Assembly (NCBI GenBank): GCA_964538865.1
Contig: CAZIHU010000002.1
Span: forward strand, 30,163 to 94,162
Length of the DNA: 64,000 nt
Direction of reading: 5' to 3'
Source of the DNA: an uncultured Candidatus Peribacteria bacterium
GTDB taxonomy: Bacteria > Patescibacteriota > Gracilibacteria > UBA1369 > UBA12470
Both the position numbers and the translations under genes were made by a program. Under the pieces are notes generated by a model. That model had not been told where the DNA came from. It made no database searches and saw only the letters and a list, made by a program, of their open reading frames with translations. This document shows, one piece after another, positions 46,006-54,490 of this stretch (its first letter is position 1; each line of letters opens with the position of its first letter).

Positions 46006-46740
46006 CTACAAATCCATTCGGATCTTCATATTCTCCTCCTTACCACCATGTCCGGGCATCTGATTTGTTTTCTCAGCCTCCTCAACAGTGACTTCACCAC
46101 TTTTCTCATTTTTATCACTCTCTCCTTTTTCACTAATCTTCTCACTAGCAGGAAACCCAAAACCCCGCAAAGGCTGCTTCTTCCCATAAGGTTCCTCGCT
46201 AACAGTTCGTTGCTCTCTCTCAATTTCTGATTTCATCCTAATCAAAGGCTCTTTCCGTCCAACCTCCTCATTGAAACCTTTATAAGCAAACTCCTCTTTA
46301 AACCAAAAATAACTTCCCAAAACAAGACCGATAGTAGCCAAAAGCGCAATAGTCATTCCAAATCCAGGCTCCTTGTGGGAAATGCTAACTCCGAATTTTG
46401 AATGATAAAAAACACTATTAGCAATAAGAAGCAAAAATAGCGACTGCACTCCTGCAATCATCGCAATCAGCGAACCCTTTACAGGCAGTTTAAGGAAACG
46501 TTTACCCATCATCGGCATCCCAATCATGAGCGCAGTAAATCCCGACAGAGCTAAAATAAAAACTCCAGCCAGAAAAAGCGGCCCAGTAACGCCAAGATAA
46601 GTATCCCCAACACCATAAACACTCAAGTCCTGATACCATGGCATTATGCAGCTCAAAACAATCAGAACACTGGTTACCAAAACGACTTTTTTCGGGCGGG
46701 AAAGCCGTGAAAACGCAGTTTTAAGATTCCTCATAGGCAA
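46006..46740 (-). CDS. polytopic membrane protein with charged C-terminal tail
   Basis: 244-aa ORF (TTG); ATG at 46734 more likely; 4-5 TM helices then Glu/Lys-rich tail. Confidence 0.55.
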   Translation of the reverse strand: MPMRNLKTAFSRLSRPKKVVLVTSVLIVLSCIMPWYQDLSVYGVGDTYLGVTGPLFLAGVFILALSGFTALMIGMPMMGKRFLKLPVKGSLIAMIAGVQSLFLLLIANSVFYHSKFGVSISHKEPGFGMTIALLATIGLVLGSYFWFKEEFAYKGFNEEVGRKEPLIRMKSEIEREQRTVSEEPYGKKQPLRGFGFPASEKISEKGESDKNEKSGEVTVEEAEKTNQMPGHGGKEENMKIRMDL

Positions 46741-46828
46741 ATATTAAATCACCAGTATTAAAGCATCTACATGCGAAAAAACAAAGAGAAGAGACTAAAA
46801 TCTTCTTGAAAATTTCTCAAAAAACATT

Positions 46829-47962
46829 CTACTGCTCAACCGGCTCACCTGTTGCAACCGAATAATAAACCCCTCTATCTCCAGGCAACCTATGGTCCCA
46901 TGTTTCAAGGACAACGGCTCCTTCTCGAGGAACGCATTGAAAGACTATTCCACAATCGTAGTCTCGAGACCATCCGCCATTGGTAAAAGCAGCATTTGTA
47001 GGACAATCCCAAAAAGAATCGTCGTGCCCATCATATTCATTAGGTTCTCCAAAAGCATAATAAGCTAGAAGATGTGATCCCAAAAACTGCTCTTCCTCCA
47101 TATCAGTTAAAGGTGCATCCGAAGGTTGATCTGTAGTGCATCCGCTTCTCCAATAAACCTGAGCCTCAGCAAGAGCTTCCGCGGTCATACCACTTGATAA
47201 AATTCGGCCTCTTTCAACAAGAAGTTGTGCAGGACGCCAAGGGTTATCGACCATCTCGGTAGTAAGCAGGCCCCCTTGCGCTTCAGCACAAAGACGATTC
47301 CACTCAGCAAGAGCTGCTGTATAACGTTCTCGCATACCGCTTAAATCCCCTGTAGGAAAGTCATCATATGTAAATGGGGGGACTTGTGCCGCTTCACATT
47401 CGGTACGTCCAAGATCCGCACGCCACCACGTATTTACATGCTCAAATCCGGCTTCTGTCAGAGCTGCCCTGGCTTCCGCTGTTATTTCCCCCAGACGTCC
47501 ACCAAGTCGCTGATCACAAGACCAATGACTGCCCTCACATGAGTGTAGTTCTCTAAGATTACAAAATCCTCCAGCTTTTCGAACACGAGCAGCTTGCTTC
47601 TTAGCTTCAGCAATAAAAGCTTTTCGATGTGGCTCCAACACAGCACGAATCTCAGAATCAAGGTCTTCATAAGCTGTACGATTCTTTCCTCGAATCCACT
47701 TTCCATCTTCATCTTCACGACCATGAACCCAAACATCAGTCCTAACCTTTCCAATCTCGCCATCAGACTCGAACGCTTCACGTTCCCCAACCCGATCAGC
47801 ATAAACCATACATTCCGGTTCAGGTAAATCTTCTTCCGGTTCTTCAAGAATAGCTTCAGATGTAGGCTCAGTTGGTGGGACAGGTGCATCGTGTAAATCA
47901 TAATCGGAACATCCCGCTAGTGCCAATACGCTAAACGCCCTGGCTGAATTTGAAAGTGACAT
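46829..47962 (-). CDS. lipoprotein, hypothetical (Cys-rich, acidic)
   Basis: 377 aa; signal plus lipobox LAGCS; no domain recognised. Confidence 0.55.
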   Translation of the reverse strand: MSLSNSARAFSVLALAGCSDYDLHDAPVPPTEPTSEAILEEPEEDLPEPECMVYADRVGEREAFESDGEIGKVRTDVWVHGREDEDGKWIRGKNRTAYEDLDSEIRAVLEPHRKAFIAEAKKQAARVRKAGGFCNLRELHSCEGSHWSCDQRLGGRLGEITAEARAALTEAGFEHVNTWWRADLGRTECEAAQVPPFTYDDFPTGDLSGMRERYTAALAEWNRLCAEAQGGLLTTEMVDNPWRPAQLLVERGRILSSGMTAEALAEAQVYWRSGCTTDQPSDAPLTDMEEEQFLGSHLLAYYAFGEPNEYDGHDDSFWDCPTNAAFTNGGWSRDYDCGIVFQCVPREGAVVLETWDHRLPGDRGVYYSVATGEPVEQ

Positions 47963-48079
47963 GTTTTTTTAAGTTAAAAATACAAAGGAGGAAATCATAA
48001 GACATCCACGCGAGCCTGTCAACCGCGTTGTGTTTTTCATGGTAAAAATATAAACTAACCACAAGTAACCAACCCCCTC

Positions 48080-48991
48080 ATGACTCAAAATCACAAAAAT
48101 CACAAAAAACGCATCCAAAAAGTCGGCCTCGTCGGCCGCAGCAACCTTGATGGACGCAAAACTTATATCAAAAAAGTCATCAGATACCTCAAGAAGCATG
48201 TGGAAGTGGTTAAATACGACACAAGAATCGCAAATTGCCTCGGGGGTCGCGAGAATCACATGACCCGTGCCAAACAGATGCGAGATATGGATTTGATCAT
48301 AACCCTCGGCGGCGACGGAACCCTCCTGAAAGCGGTTAGAGAAATGGGTAAAAAACCCAATCCAATAATACTGGGCGTACATCTGGGAACGGTCGGATTT
48401 CTTACAGAAGTGCATAAAGCTGAAAAAATATTCGATGTACTAGACAAGGTTTTTAAAGGTCACTACAAAATCGATGACCGCGATCTCCTCCGTACCACGG
48501 TTTATAGAGATGGGAAAAAATTCAAAACCTTCCTCGCACTCAACGATGCAGTAATTAATCAGGGAAATTTCGCTCGACTAATCGAGCTTTCAGTCACAAT
48601 AGACCAACGAAAAATGATTCGATTCAAAGCAGACGGAGTAATCGTAGCAACAACAACAGGTTCAACAGGCCACTCCCTATCGGCAGGAGGCCCAATCATA
48701 CATCCAAGCCTGTCGGCCTTCATCATGACACCGATTTGCCCCTCCGCATTGACCACAAAACCGATCGTAATCCCAAACAATCGCCAATTAAACATAAAAA
48801 TCGAAACAGAACGCCGTTACTCCGACAACGACATCGGCCTCACCCTCGACGGCCAAGTCATCCTCCCACTCAAATACAGCGACGAAATCAAAATTCGCAA
48901 ATCCAGCCGCCGCGCCAACCTAGTTCGCATCACAAACAAGCGTTACTATAAGATGCTGCGTACCAAAATAGGGTGGGGGAAAGCGGTGTAA
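48080..48991 (+). CDS. nadK: NAD kinase
   Basis: 303 aa; GGDGTLL motif, NDAVI, TGSTGHSLSAGGPI-type region. Confidence 0.88.
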   Translation: MTQNHKNHKKRIQKVGLVGRSNLDGRKTYIKKVIRYLKKHVEVVKYDTRIANCLGGRENHMTRAKQMRDMDLIITLGGDGTLLKAVREMGKKPNPIILGVHLGTVGFLTEVHKAEKIFDVLDKVFKGHYKIDDRDLLRTTVYRDGKKFKTFLALNDAVINQGNFARLIELSVTIDQRKMIRFKADGVIVATTTGSTGHSLSAGGPIIHPSLSAFIMTPICPSALTTKPIVIPNNRQLNIKIETERRYSDNDIGLTLDGQVILPLKYSDEIKIRKSSRRANLVRITNKRYYKMLRTKIGWGKAV

Positions 48992-49080
48992 AATAATGAG
49001 AAAGCAGAAAGCAGAAGTGAGAAGAGATGGTGTTTTGCCGGAGTTCGAATCGTTTCACTTCATCATATGATTCCACTGCC

Positions 49081-49845
49081 ATGACCAAACACATCTACAC
49101 ATTCCTCGCATTGCTAGCCGGTGCACTAATTGCGCATTTTGTTGGGCTTGAAACCAACTTTGTGTTTTCCGCTGCCGTAGTCGGAATTATTTTCGGCCTT
49201 CTTTTGCCCAAATACTCGATACCAGCTTATTGCGGATCATTCGTAGGAATGTCTTCTCTTGAAATTCTCCCATCAGGTCTGTTTTTGATAGGGGCAGCCG
49301 TAATAGCTGCTTTGATAAAAATATTTCTCGGTCCCAAAATCCCAAAAGTTGGAGGTAAAGCTGGATTTATCGCTTTTTTATCAATCTTAATCATCAACTT
49401 GCCGTTCCTACTGGATAAAGAAATTTACAAAATCTCATCATTAGAAATCAGCACAATTTTCGCAGTAATCTTAGTGGCAATCATCGGGGTCAATGCCACT
49501 TTTTGCGTAAGAAAACGCTTAAAAATAAGGGAAAAAACAAAAGGACTCGCCAAAGGCAACGCAGTCGTCGGATCCGCAATCATCGGGTTAATTGCCGGGG
49601 TCATAAGGATCCTCTTCCCTCAATTCGCCGTTCTCTCGGAAGCAATCTTCGCAGCCTCTTTCGCCGGAATGAGCTCATTTCATATTGTCAAAAGAAGATT
49701 CGCAAAATCATTAGTCGGCCTAATCTCAGGAATGGTCTTTCTGGTTGCGACTCCGTTCTTCCAAGGATTCGGAGGCAAATTAGGCACCATAGCGTTCGTT
49801 GCTATGATGATTTATTTGGGGTTGCGGAAAAACAAAATAGGATAG
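49081..49845 (+). CDS. polytopic membrane protein, hypothetical
   Basis: ORF track 49027..49845; probable start MTKHIYTFLALLAG; 6-7 TM helices. Confidence 0.5.
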   Translation: MTKHIYTFLALLAGALIAHFVGLETNFVFSAAVVGIIFGLLLPKYSIPAYCGSFVGMSSLEILPSGLFLIGAAVIAALIKIFLGPKIPKVGGKAGFIAFLSILIINLPFLLDKEIYKISSLEISTIFAVILVAIIGVNATFCVRKRLKIREKTKGLAKGNAVVGSAIIGLIAGVIRILFPQFAVLSEAIFAASFAGMSSFHIVKRRFAKSLVGLISGMVFLVATPFFQGFGGKLGTIAFVAMMIYLGLRKNKIG

Positions 49846-49881
49846 GGGAAGAAGATACCATGGCTCTATTCGAAATCAAAT

Positions 49882-51390
49882 CTAACCACCAGAACGAAGC
49901 AACTCACGAACCTCTTCGATTGCTCTTTCAAGATGCCAACATCCAGCTTGGACACCACGTAATGCATCCAAAGCTTCCGACCCATCAACTTCACCACGTC
50001 GCAACCTAAAAGTTAATAAATACGCATTTCTTTGAGCGGCAGCAAGACGTCCGACCAAAGCATCAGCATCATTCATCCCGACAGTTCTGATAAATTCGAG
50101 ATGTTCAGCTTCTAAATCGGGATAAACTACAAGATTTTGTGATCGGTTGCCTGAAAGAACTTCATGTATAGAGCCTAAAATACCATTAATCACCTTTCCC
50201 AAAGCATCAGAATCCTCAACCCTATCAAGCAAAGTGCCAGAATGAGTAATCGAGATAGGAGATGGTAAAGCATCAATATCACTTAAAGCTTGCAAAATAC
50301 GATGCTGAGTATTGCGTAATACTCTATAAGCTTCAGGCAGGGTCATTAATCTTGGAAAATCCTTGCCAGATCGTATGATTTCAAAAGCTAAAGTAAGTTC
50401 ATCGAAAAAAGTATCCTCCAAAAAACTCGCAAAATCGAGTATCCTCTCCTGTATTTCTTCCAATGGGGCAGGCGGCTGTTCCTCTTGGGCTCCAGTCACT
50501 TCTGCGCCCAGCAAGACTGCCTCTAGCTCCTCTATACATGGTTCAACCCTCGCAAATGCGTCGTCATCGTCAGAAAGTCTTGCAGAACTTTCTAAACAAA
50601 AAGCATATAACTCATTAGCAGCCTCCTCTACTTCAGTTAAACTGTCTCCATCATCGATGCAAAATCTGCCGAGTTCGCCAGAAGAATATACATCTTGCAA
50701 ATGACTAATTGCCCATGTGACAACGTCTATCAATTGTTCTTTCCTCCAAGGATCAAAATTCTCCCAGTCCGAATGATCAAAACCATCATTCTGAGGCCAT
50801 GAATCATTTGCCTCTCTAGCTCGTCTCTTTCTTGCTGTTGATCCACGTAAAGCATACCTCCTTTGAGGACGTACTGTGTGATCAGCCGCAGCCAAAAAAC
50901 GACCAGCACGACTTCTAAGAAAATCATTATCATATCGTCCCCGTTGGCCTTGGAACTGGGGGAGAAGCTTGTCGGCAAGGTATTTAAATGCTTTCCTGGC
51001 ATTTTCATCTGCCAGCGGGTCTACAAGCCTATCTTTTGCTTGCCCACCATATGCCATCCTTAATACGTGTAAAGCTTTTCTATGTGTCATGCCTCTGTCT
51101 AACGGAGACTCAGCAACAACAATCTCACTAGGCTCTTCCCGGACATCTGAAGCACGAGAATAGGAACCGCTAAGAGGAGATTTTAACAAATACGGCATTG
51201 GCATCCCACCACCATTACTCGTATCAGGCATAGTCCACTCGAATAAAGGGCAACCATTAGAACTTTGTCCGTTATCTTGTACTGCAGGAAGAGGTGGAAC
51301 GACAACATTCATCTGGGGGACAAAAGCATCTACAACCTTCATAAACGCTGCACTAGCCCCTTGACGAACTCTTTCAAAACTTTGTCTCAT
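49882..51390 (-). CDS. hypothetical protein
   Basis: 502-aa ORF, no signal peptide, no domain recognised; TTTAAT box 9 nt upstream of ATG. Confidence 0.5.
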   Translation of the reverse strand: MRQSFERVRQGASAAFMKVVDAFVPQMNVVVPPLPAVQDNGQSSNGCPLFEWTMPDTSNGGGMPMPYLLKSPLSGSYSRASDVREEPSEIVVAESPLDRGMTHRKALHVLRMAYGGQAKDRLVDPLADENARKAFKYLADKLLPQFQGQRGRYDNDFLRSRAGRFLAAADHTVRPQRRYALRGSTARKRRAREANDSWPQNDGFDHSDWENFDPWRKEQLIDVVTWAISHLQDVYSSGELGRFCIDDGDSLTEVEEAANELYAFCLESSARLSDDDDAFARVEPCIEELEAVLLGAEVTGAQEEQPPAPLEEIQERILDFASFLEDTFFDELTLAFEIIRSGKDFPRLMTLPEAYRVLRNTQHRILQALSDIDALPSPISITHSGTLLDRVEDSDALGKVINGILGSIHEVLSGNRSQNLVVYPDLEAEHLEFIRTVGMNDADALVGRLAAAQRNAYLLTFRLRRGEVDGSEALDALRGVQAGCWHLERAIEEVRELLRSGG

Positions 51391-51446
51391 TTATTACAGA
51401 TTAAAAACAAGGAAAAAAGATACTATGACTCTCTCCAAAACGCAAC

Positions 51447-52493
51447 CTAAAACTCAATCCCACCTCCCTCACAAACTTCCCCACAAACCTTCGCCTCAAG
51501 GGAGTGCTCACCAGCAATTCGAACCACCTCATCTTCTGAACCAGGCGCAACAATCACCATCATCCCATTTCCCATATTCCAGGTTCGATAAGCTTCATCG
51601 CGGGCAACGCCACCGATTTCAGCACAATGCTTCATCAGCTCACAAGGTTCATATAAATCAGTAAGCCGAGCCCCCAATCCGGCACGATTCAAAACACGAC
51701 CCAACTTCCCAGGGATTCCGCCACCGGTTATATGCGAAACTCCATGAACCTCGCACACTTTCATCATATCGCAAACCGCACTGCAATAGATTTGAGAAGG
51801 TTCAAGCGCAAGCTCACCAATTTTCTTACCATTAAGCTCAGCCTCATGCCAATCCTCGCCATACTCATCGAGCAAAATTTTCCTCAATAAAGAAAAACCA
51901 TTCGACCGAAAACCTTTCTCATGCAAAGTCACAATCCGATCGCCAACCTTAATCTCATCACCTGTAAAAAGCTTTTCCTTATCACCAAACCAAATCACGC
52001 TCGCCCCCCAATTATAATTATGCTCACCATAACCTGAAATTCGCCCACCAAGCTCAGCAATTTCACCATTCACAACAGCAACCCGAGCAGCCTTAGCAGC
52101 AGCGATATAGCCTACAGCCAACTGCTTTACGACCTCAAGATCAAGCTTATTTACATCTAGAATCGAGCCAACAAGAACAGGCTCACCGCCATACACAACA
52201 GCATCATCACAAACCATCGCAAACAAATCGAAAGCAACAGTATCATGACGACCCAGCCGCTCAGCAAGCTCAACCTTAGTCCCAACCCCATCAAAACCCA
52301 TATTCATCACAGTTCCTTCAGGCAAATCGCCCACATTAATAACCCGAACCCCAGAAAAATCATCCTTAGGCGTCACAACCTCCCCAAGAAGGCCCTTGCG
52401 ATTCTCCCAGGTCAGCTTCGCCGCCTCATACATCACCTTCGAGGCATCATCGCCAAGTTCGATATCGACTCCGGAATCTGCGTATGTTGTCAT
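51447..52493 (-). CDS. purM: phosphoribosylformylglycinamidine cyclo-ligase (AIR synthetase)
   Basis: 348 aa; YADSGVDI start, DGVGTK, PurM N and C domain pattern. Confidence 0.92.
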   Translation of the reverse strand: MTTYADSGVDIELGDDASKVMYEAAKLTWENRKGLLGEVVTPKDDFSGVRVINVGDLPEGTVMNMGFDGVGTKVELAERLGRHDTVAFDLFAMVCDDAVVYGGEPVLVGSILDVNKLDLEVVKQLAVGYIAAAKAARVAVVNGEIAELGGRISGYGEHNYNWGASVIWFGDKEKLFTGDEIKVGDRIVTLHEKGFRSNGFSLLRKILLDEYGEDWHEAELNGKKIGELALEPSQIYCSAVCDMMKVCEVHGVSHITGGGIPGKLGRVLNRAGLGARLTDLYEPCELMKHCAEIGGVARDEAYRTWNMGNGMMVIVAPGSEDEVVRIAGEHSLEAKVCGEVCEGGGIEF

Positions 52494-52607
52494 GGGTTGG
52501 AAGATTAAAAATCAATGTGATGCGATTCTAAAGCAGAAAGCTTGAAAAATCCATGTTGTATTAAGGGAAAAACTTGATTTTTACGCATAAATTTGCTACT
52601 CTTTAAT

Positions 52608-52664
52608 TAGAGAAAGCTTTCGGCCGAGGTTTATAAGCCTCCACCTGGCGGAAGGTTTTTTCTC
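52608..52664 (-). other. conserved imperfect hairpin downstream of paralog 2
   Basis: Minus strand AGAGAAAAAACCTTCCGCC..GAGG-CTTATAAA-CCTC..GGCCGAAAGCTTTCTCT; outer and inner stems differ from copy 1 but still pair. Confidence 0.5.
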
Positions 52665-52668
52665 TTTG

Positions 52669-53082
52669 TTATCTCCCGTGTGGGAACACTGAAATAAGGT
52701 GTTTTTGTCCATTTCTTTTATTCTCTTTGATTTGCACATAAAACACTTCATTTTCAGAGGTGATACCCGTGAACCTATGTAAGATTTCTGATTTCCGATC
52801 ACAATTTTCTATTGAAGCTGGATCGAATCTTGAATGACGCATTAATTCAACAGCACAGGGGAAGAATTTCAATCTGCGTATCCTGTCTTTGTGATGTTTG
52901 TCTCGCAGATGTTGCCAAAACAAGGGTAGAAATATCTTGTCTTTCCTGAAATAGGCGGACCTTACGTAGGCTCTTCTTTTGCTACGTTTTCTGATTGTAG
53001 AATAAAGGCCGAAAGCTTTTTTGAATACTTCGGCATAATTAGTCCCCGTCAGTTTTTTTACTTTTATTCGATAAACCCTCAT
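52669..53082 (-). CDS. small basic conserved hypothetical protein (paralog 2)
   Basis: 137 aa inserted between purQ and purM; paralog of 39766..40179. Confidence 0.65.
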   Translation of the reverse strand: MRVYRIKVKKLTGTNYAEVFKKAFGLYSTIRKRSKRRAYVRSAYFRKDKIFLPLFWQHLRDKHHKDRIRRLKFFPCAVELMRHSRFDPASIENCDRKSEILHRFTGITSENEVFYVQIKENKRNGQKHLISVFPHGR

Positions 53083-53100
53083 AAACCTGTTTATACCAGG

Positions 53101-53130
53101 TCGACCTTAAATTTTCCTTAAAAAAACACG
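53101..53130. repeat. 30-nt box, copy 2
   Basis: tcgaccttaaattttccttaaaaaaacacg, 18 nt upstream (minus sense) of the paralog 2 ATG; followed by heptads 53134..53171. Confidence 0.7.
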
Positions 53131-53172
53131 AGGGAAATTCCACATTCCAAATTCCACATTCGACATTCCACT

Positions 53173-53976
53173 CTACTTAAACCACTCCACCCCATTCCTA
53201 AACATCTGCATCCCTTGCCCCTCCTCAGGCAGCGCAACCCCCTCGCGCTCAGCCTTTTCCTTAATAAGAGTCCAATTATCTTGATTATAAAAATTCCAAT
53301 TCCTCTCCGGATGCGGCATCAATCCAAGCACTTTCCCCGTATGATCACAAATTCCAGCAATATCATCGACAGCACCGTTAGGATTATAAGGAAATTCACC
53401 GCCAGCAACCTCGCCATCAGGCTTTACATATCGAAAAGCCACCTGATCGCCCTCTTTTAATTTAGCCAAAACATCATCATTCATATAAAAACGTCCCTCA
53501 CCATGCGAAACAGGACACCTCACAGTATCAATCCCGCGAGTCCAAACACATTTCTCACTTTGAACCTTCATATCAATCCATCGACATTCATACCTAGCCG
53601 TAGAATTATGCATCATCGCAACTTTCCGCTCACCATATTCACCTTCAAAACCTGGAATCAGTCCCAAATTCGCCAAAACCTGACATCCATTACAAATTCC
53701 AACAACAAGCTTATCGCCACTAACAAACTCCACGACATCTTCCCAAAGATTATCACGAACCTTGTTCGCGTAAGCGTTCCCAGACCCGGTGTCATCCCCA
53801 TGAGCAAAACCTCCAGGGAAAACCAAAATCTGATAATCCGCAAGCTTCTTCTGGCCATCAATCACATCATTAACATGCACAATCTCAGTCTCCGCCCCCG
53901 ACTTCTCGAAGACGTGCGCCGTCTCCATCTCGGAATTAATTCCGTAACCTGACATTACAATAACTTTTGGTTTCAT
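53173..53976 (-). CDS. purQ: phosphoribosylformylglycinamidine synthase, glutaminase subunit
   Basis: 267 aa; class I GATase with GICNGCQ nucleophile and HPER. Confidence 0.9.
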   Translation of the reverse strand: MKPKVIVMSGYGINSEMETAHVFEKSGAETEIVHVNDVIDGQKKLADYQILVFPGGFAHGDDTGSGNAYANKVRDNLWEDVVEFVSGDKLVVGICNGCQVLANLGLIPGFEGEYGERKVAMMHNSTARYECRWIDMKVQSEKCVWTRGIDTVRCPVSHGEGRFYMNDDVLAKLKEGDQVAFRYVKPDGEVAGGEFPYNPNGAVDDIAGICDHTGKVLGLMPHPERNWNFYNQDNWTLIKEKAEREGVALPEEGQGMQMFRNGVEWFK

Positions 53977-53996
53977 ATTGTTTGAAAATTAGTGGA

Positions 53997-54395
53997 TTAT
54001 TTGGGTTCAAAAACCTCTGGTAGTACCCAAGCTTCAGTTGGTAATTCAGAAAGCTCATCATCAGACAGTGCAGGACAAGGAGTAACAGCATCCAATAAAG
54101 TTGCTTGCGGATCTTGATCACCTGTAGGAGTAAAACCAAGAACTATGTTATTCCAGTGTTCAGCTAAATCCTGCCCCGTTACTTCATGCGGAAGTTTGCC
54201 AAGTTTATCAGCTAGAACTTTTCTAGGCGTTGCTTCCTGATCCCAAGCACTAGGATCATATTCGCCAGTTTGAGGTCCAGGATTTTCTACAGGAAGAGCA
54301 ATATGGCCGCCATCAGGCCAAGTTTTCTCATCGAGCAGCGCTTCTGCTTGCTCCAAAGTTAGTATTTCGCTGGTTGTAGGTTCTTCAGCTACCAT
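53997..54395 (-). CDS. hypothetical acidic protein inserted between purL and purQ
   Basis: 132-aa ORF, no domain recognised. Confidence 0.45.
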   Translation of the reverse strand: MVAEEPTTSEILTLEQAEALLDEKTWPDGGHIALPVENPGPQTGEYDPSAWDQEATPRKVLADKLGKLPHEVTGQDLAEHWNNIVLGFTPTGDQDPQATLLDAVTPCPALSDDELSELPTEAWVLPEVFEPK

Positions 54396-54420
54396 AATTT
54401 ATAATTTAGTGATTAAAATT

Positions 54421-54490
54421 TTCAAGTCTCCACGTCTCCAATCTCCCAGTCTATTTTCAAGTCTCCCAGTCTCCACTCTCCAAGTCTAGA
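54421..54490. repeat. heptad array (TCTCCAN family, about 10 units)
   Basis: ttcaagt ctccacg tctccaa tctccca gtctatt ttcaagt ctcccag tctccac tctccaa gtctaga. Confidence 0.8.
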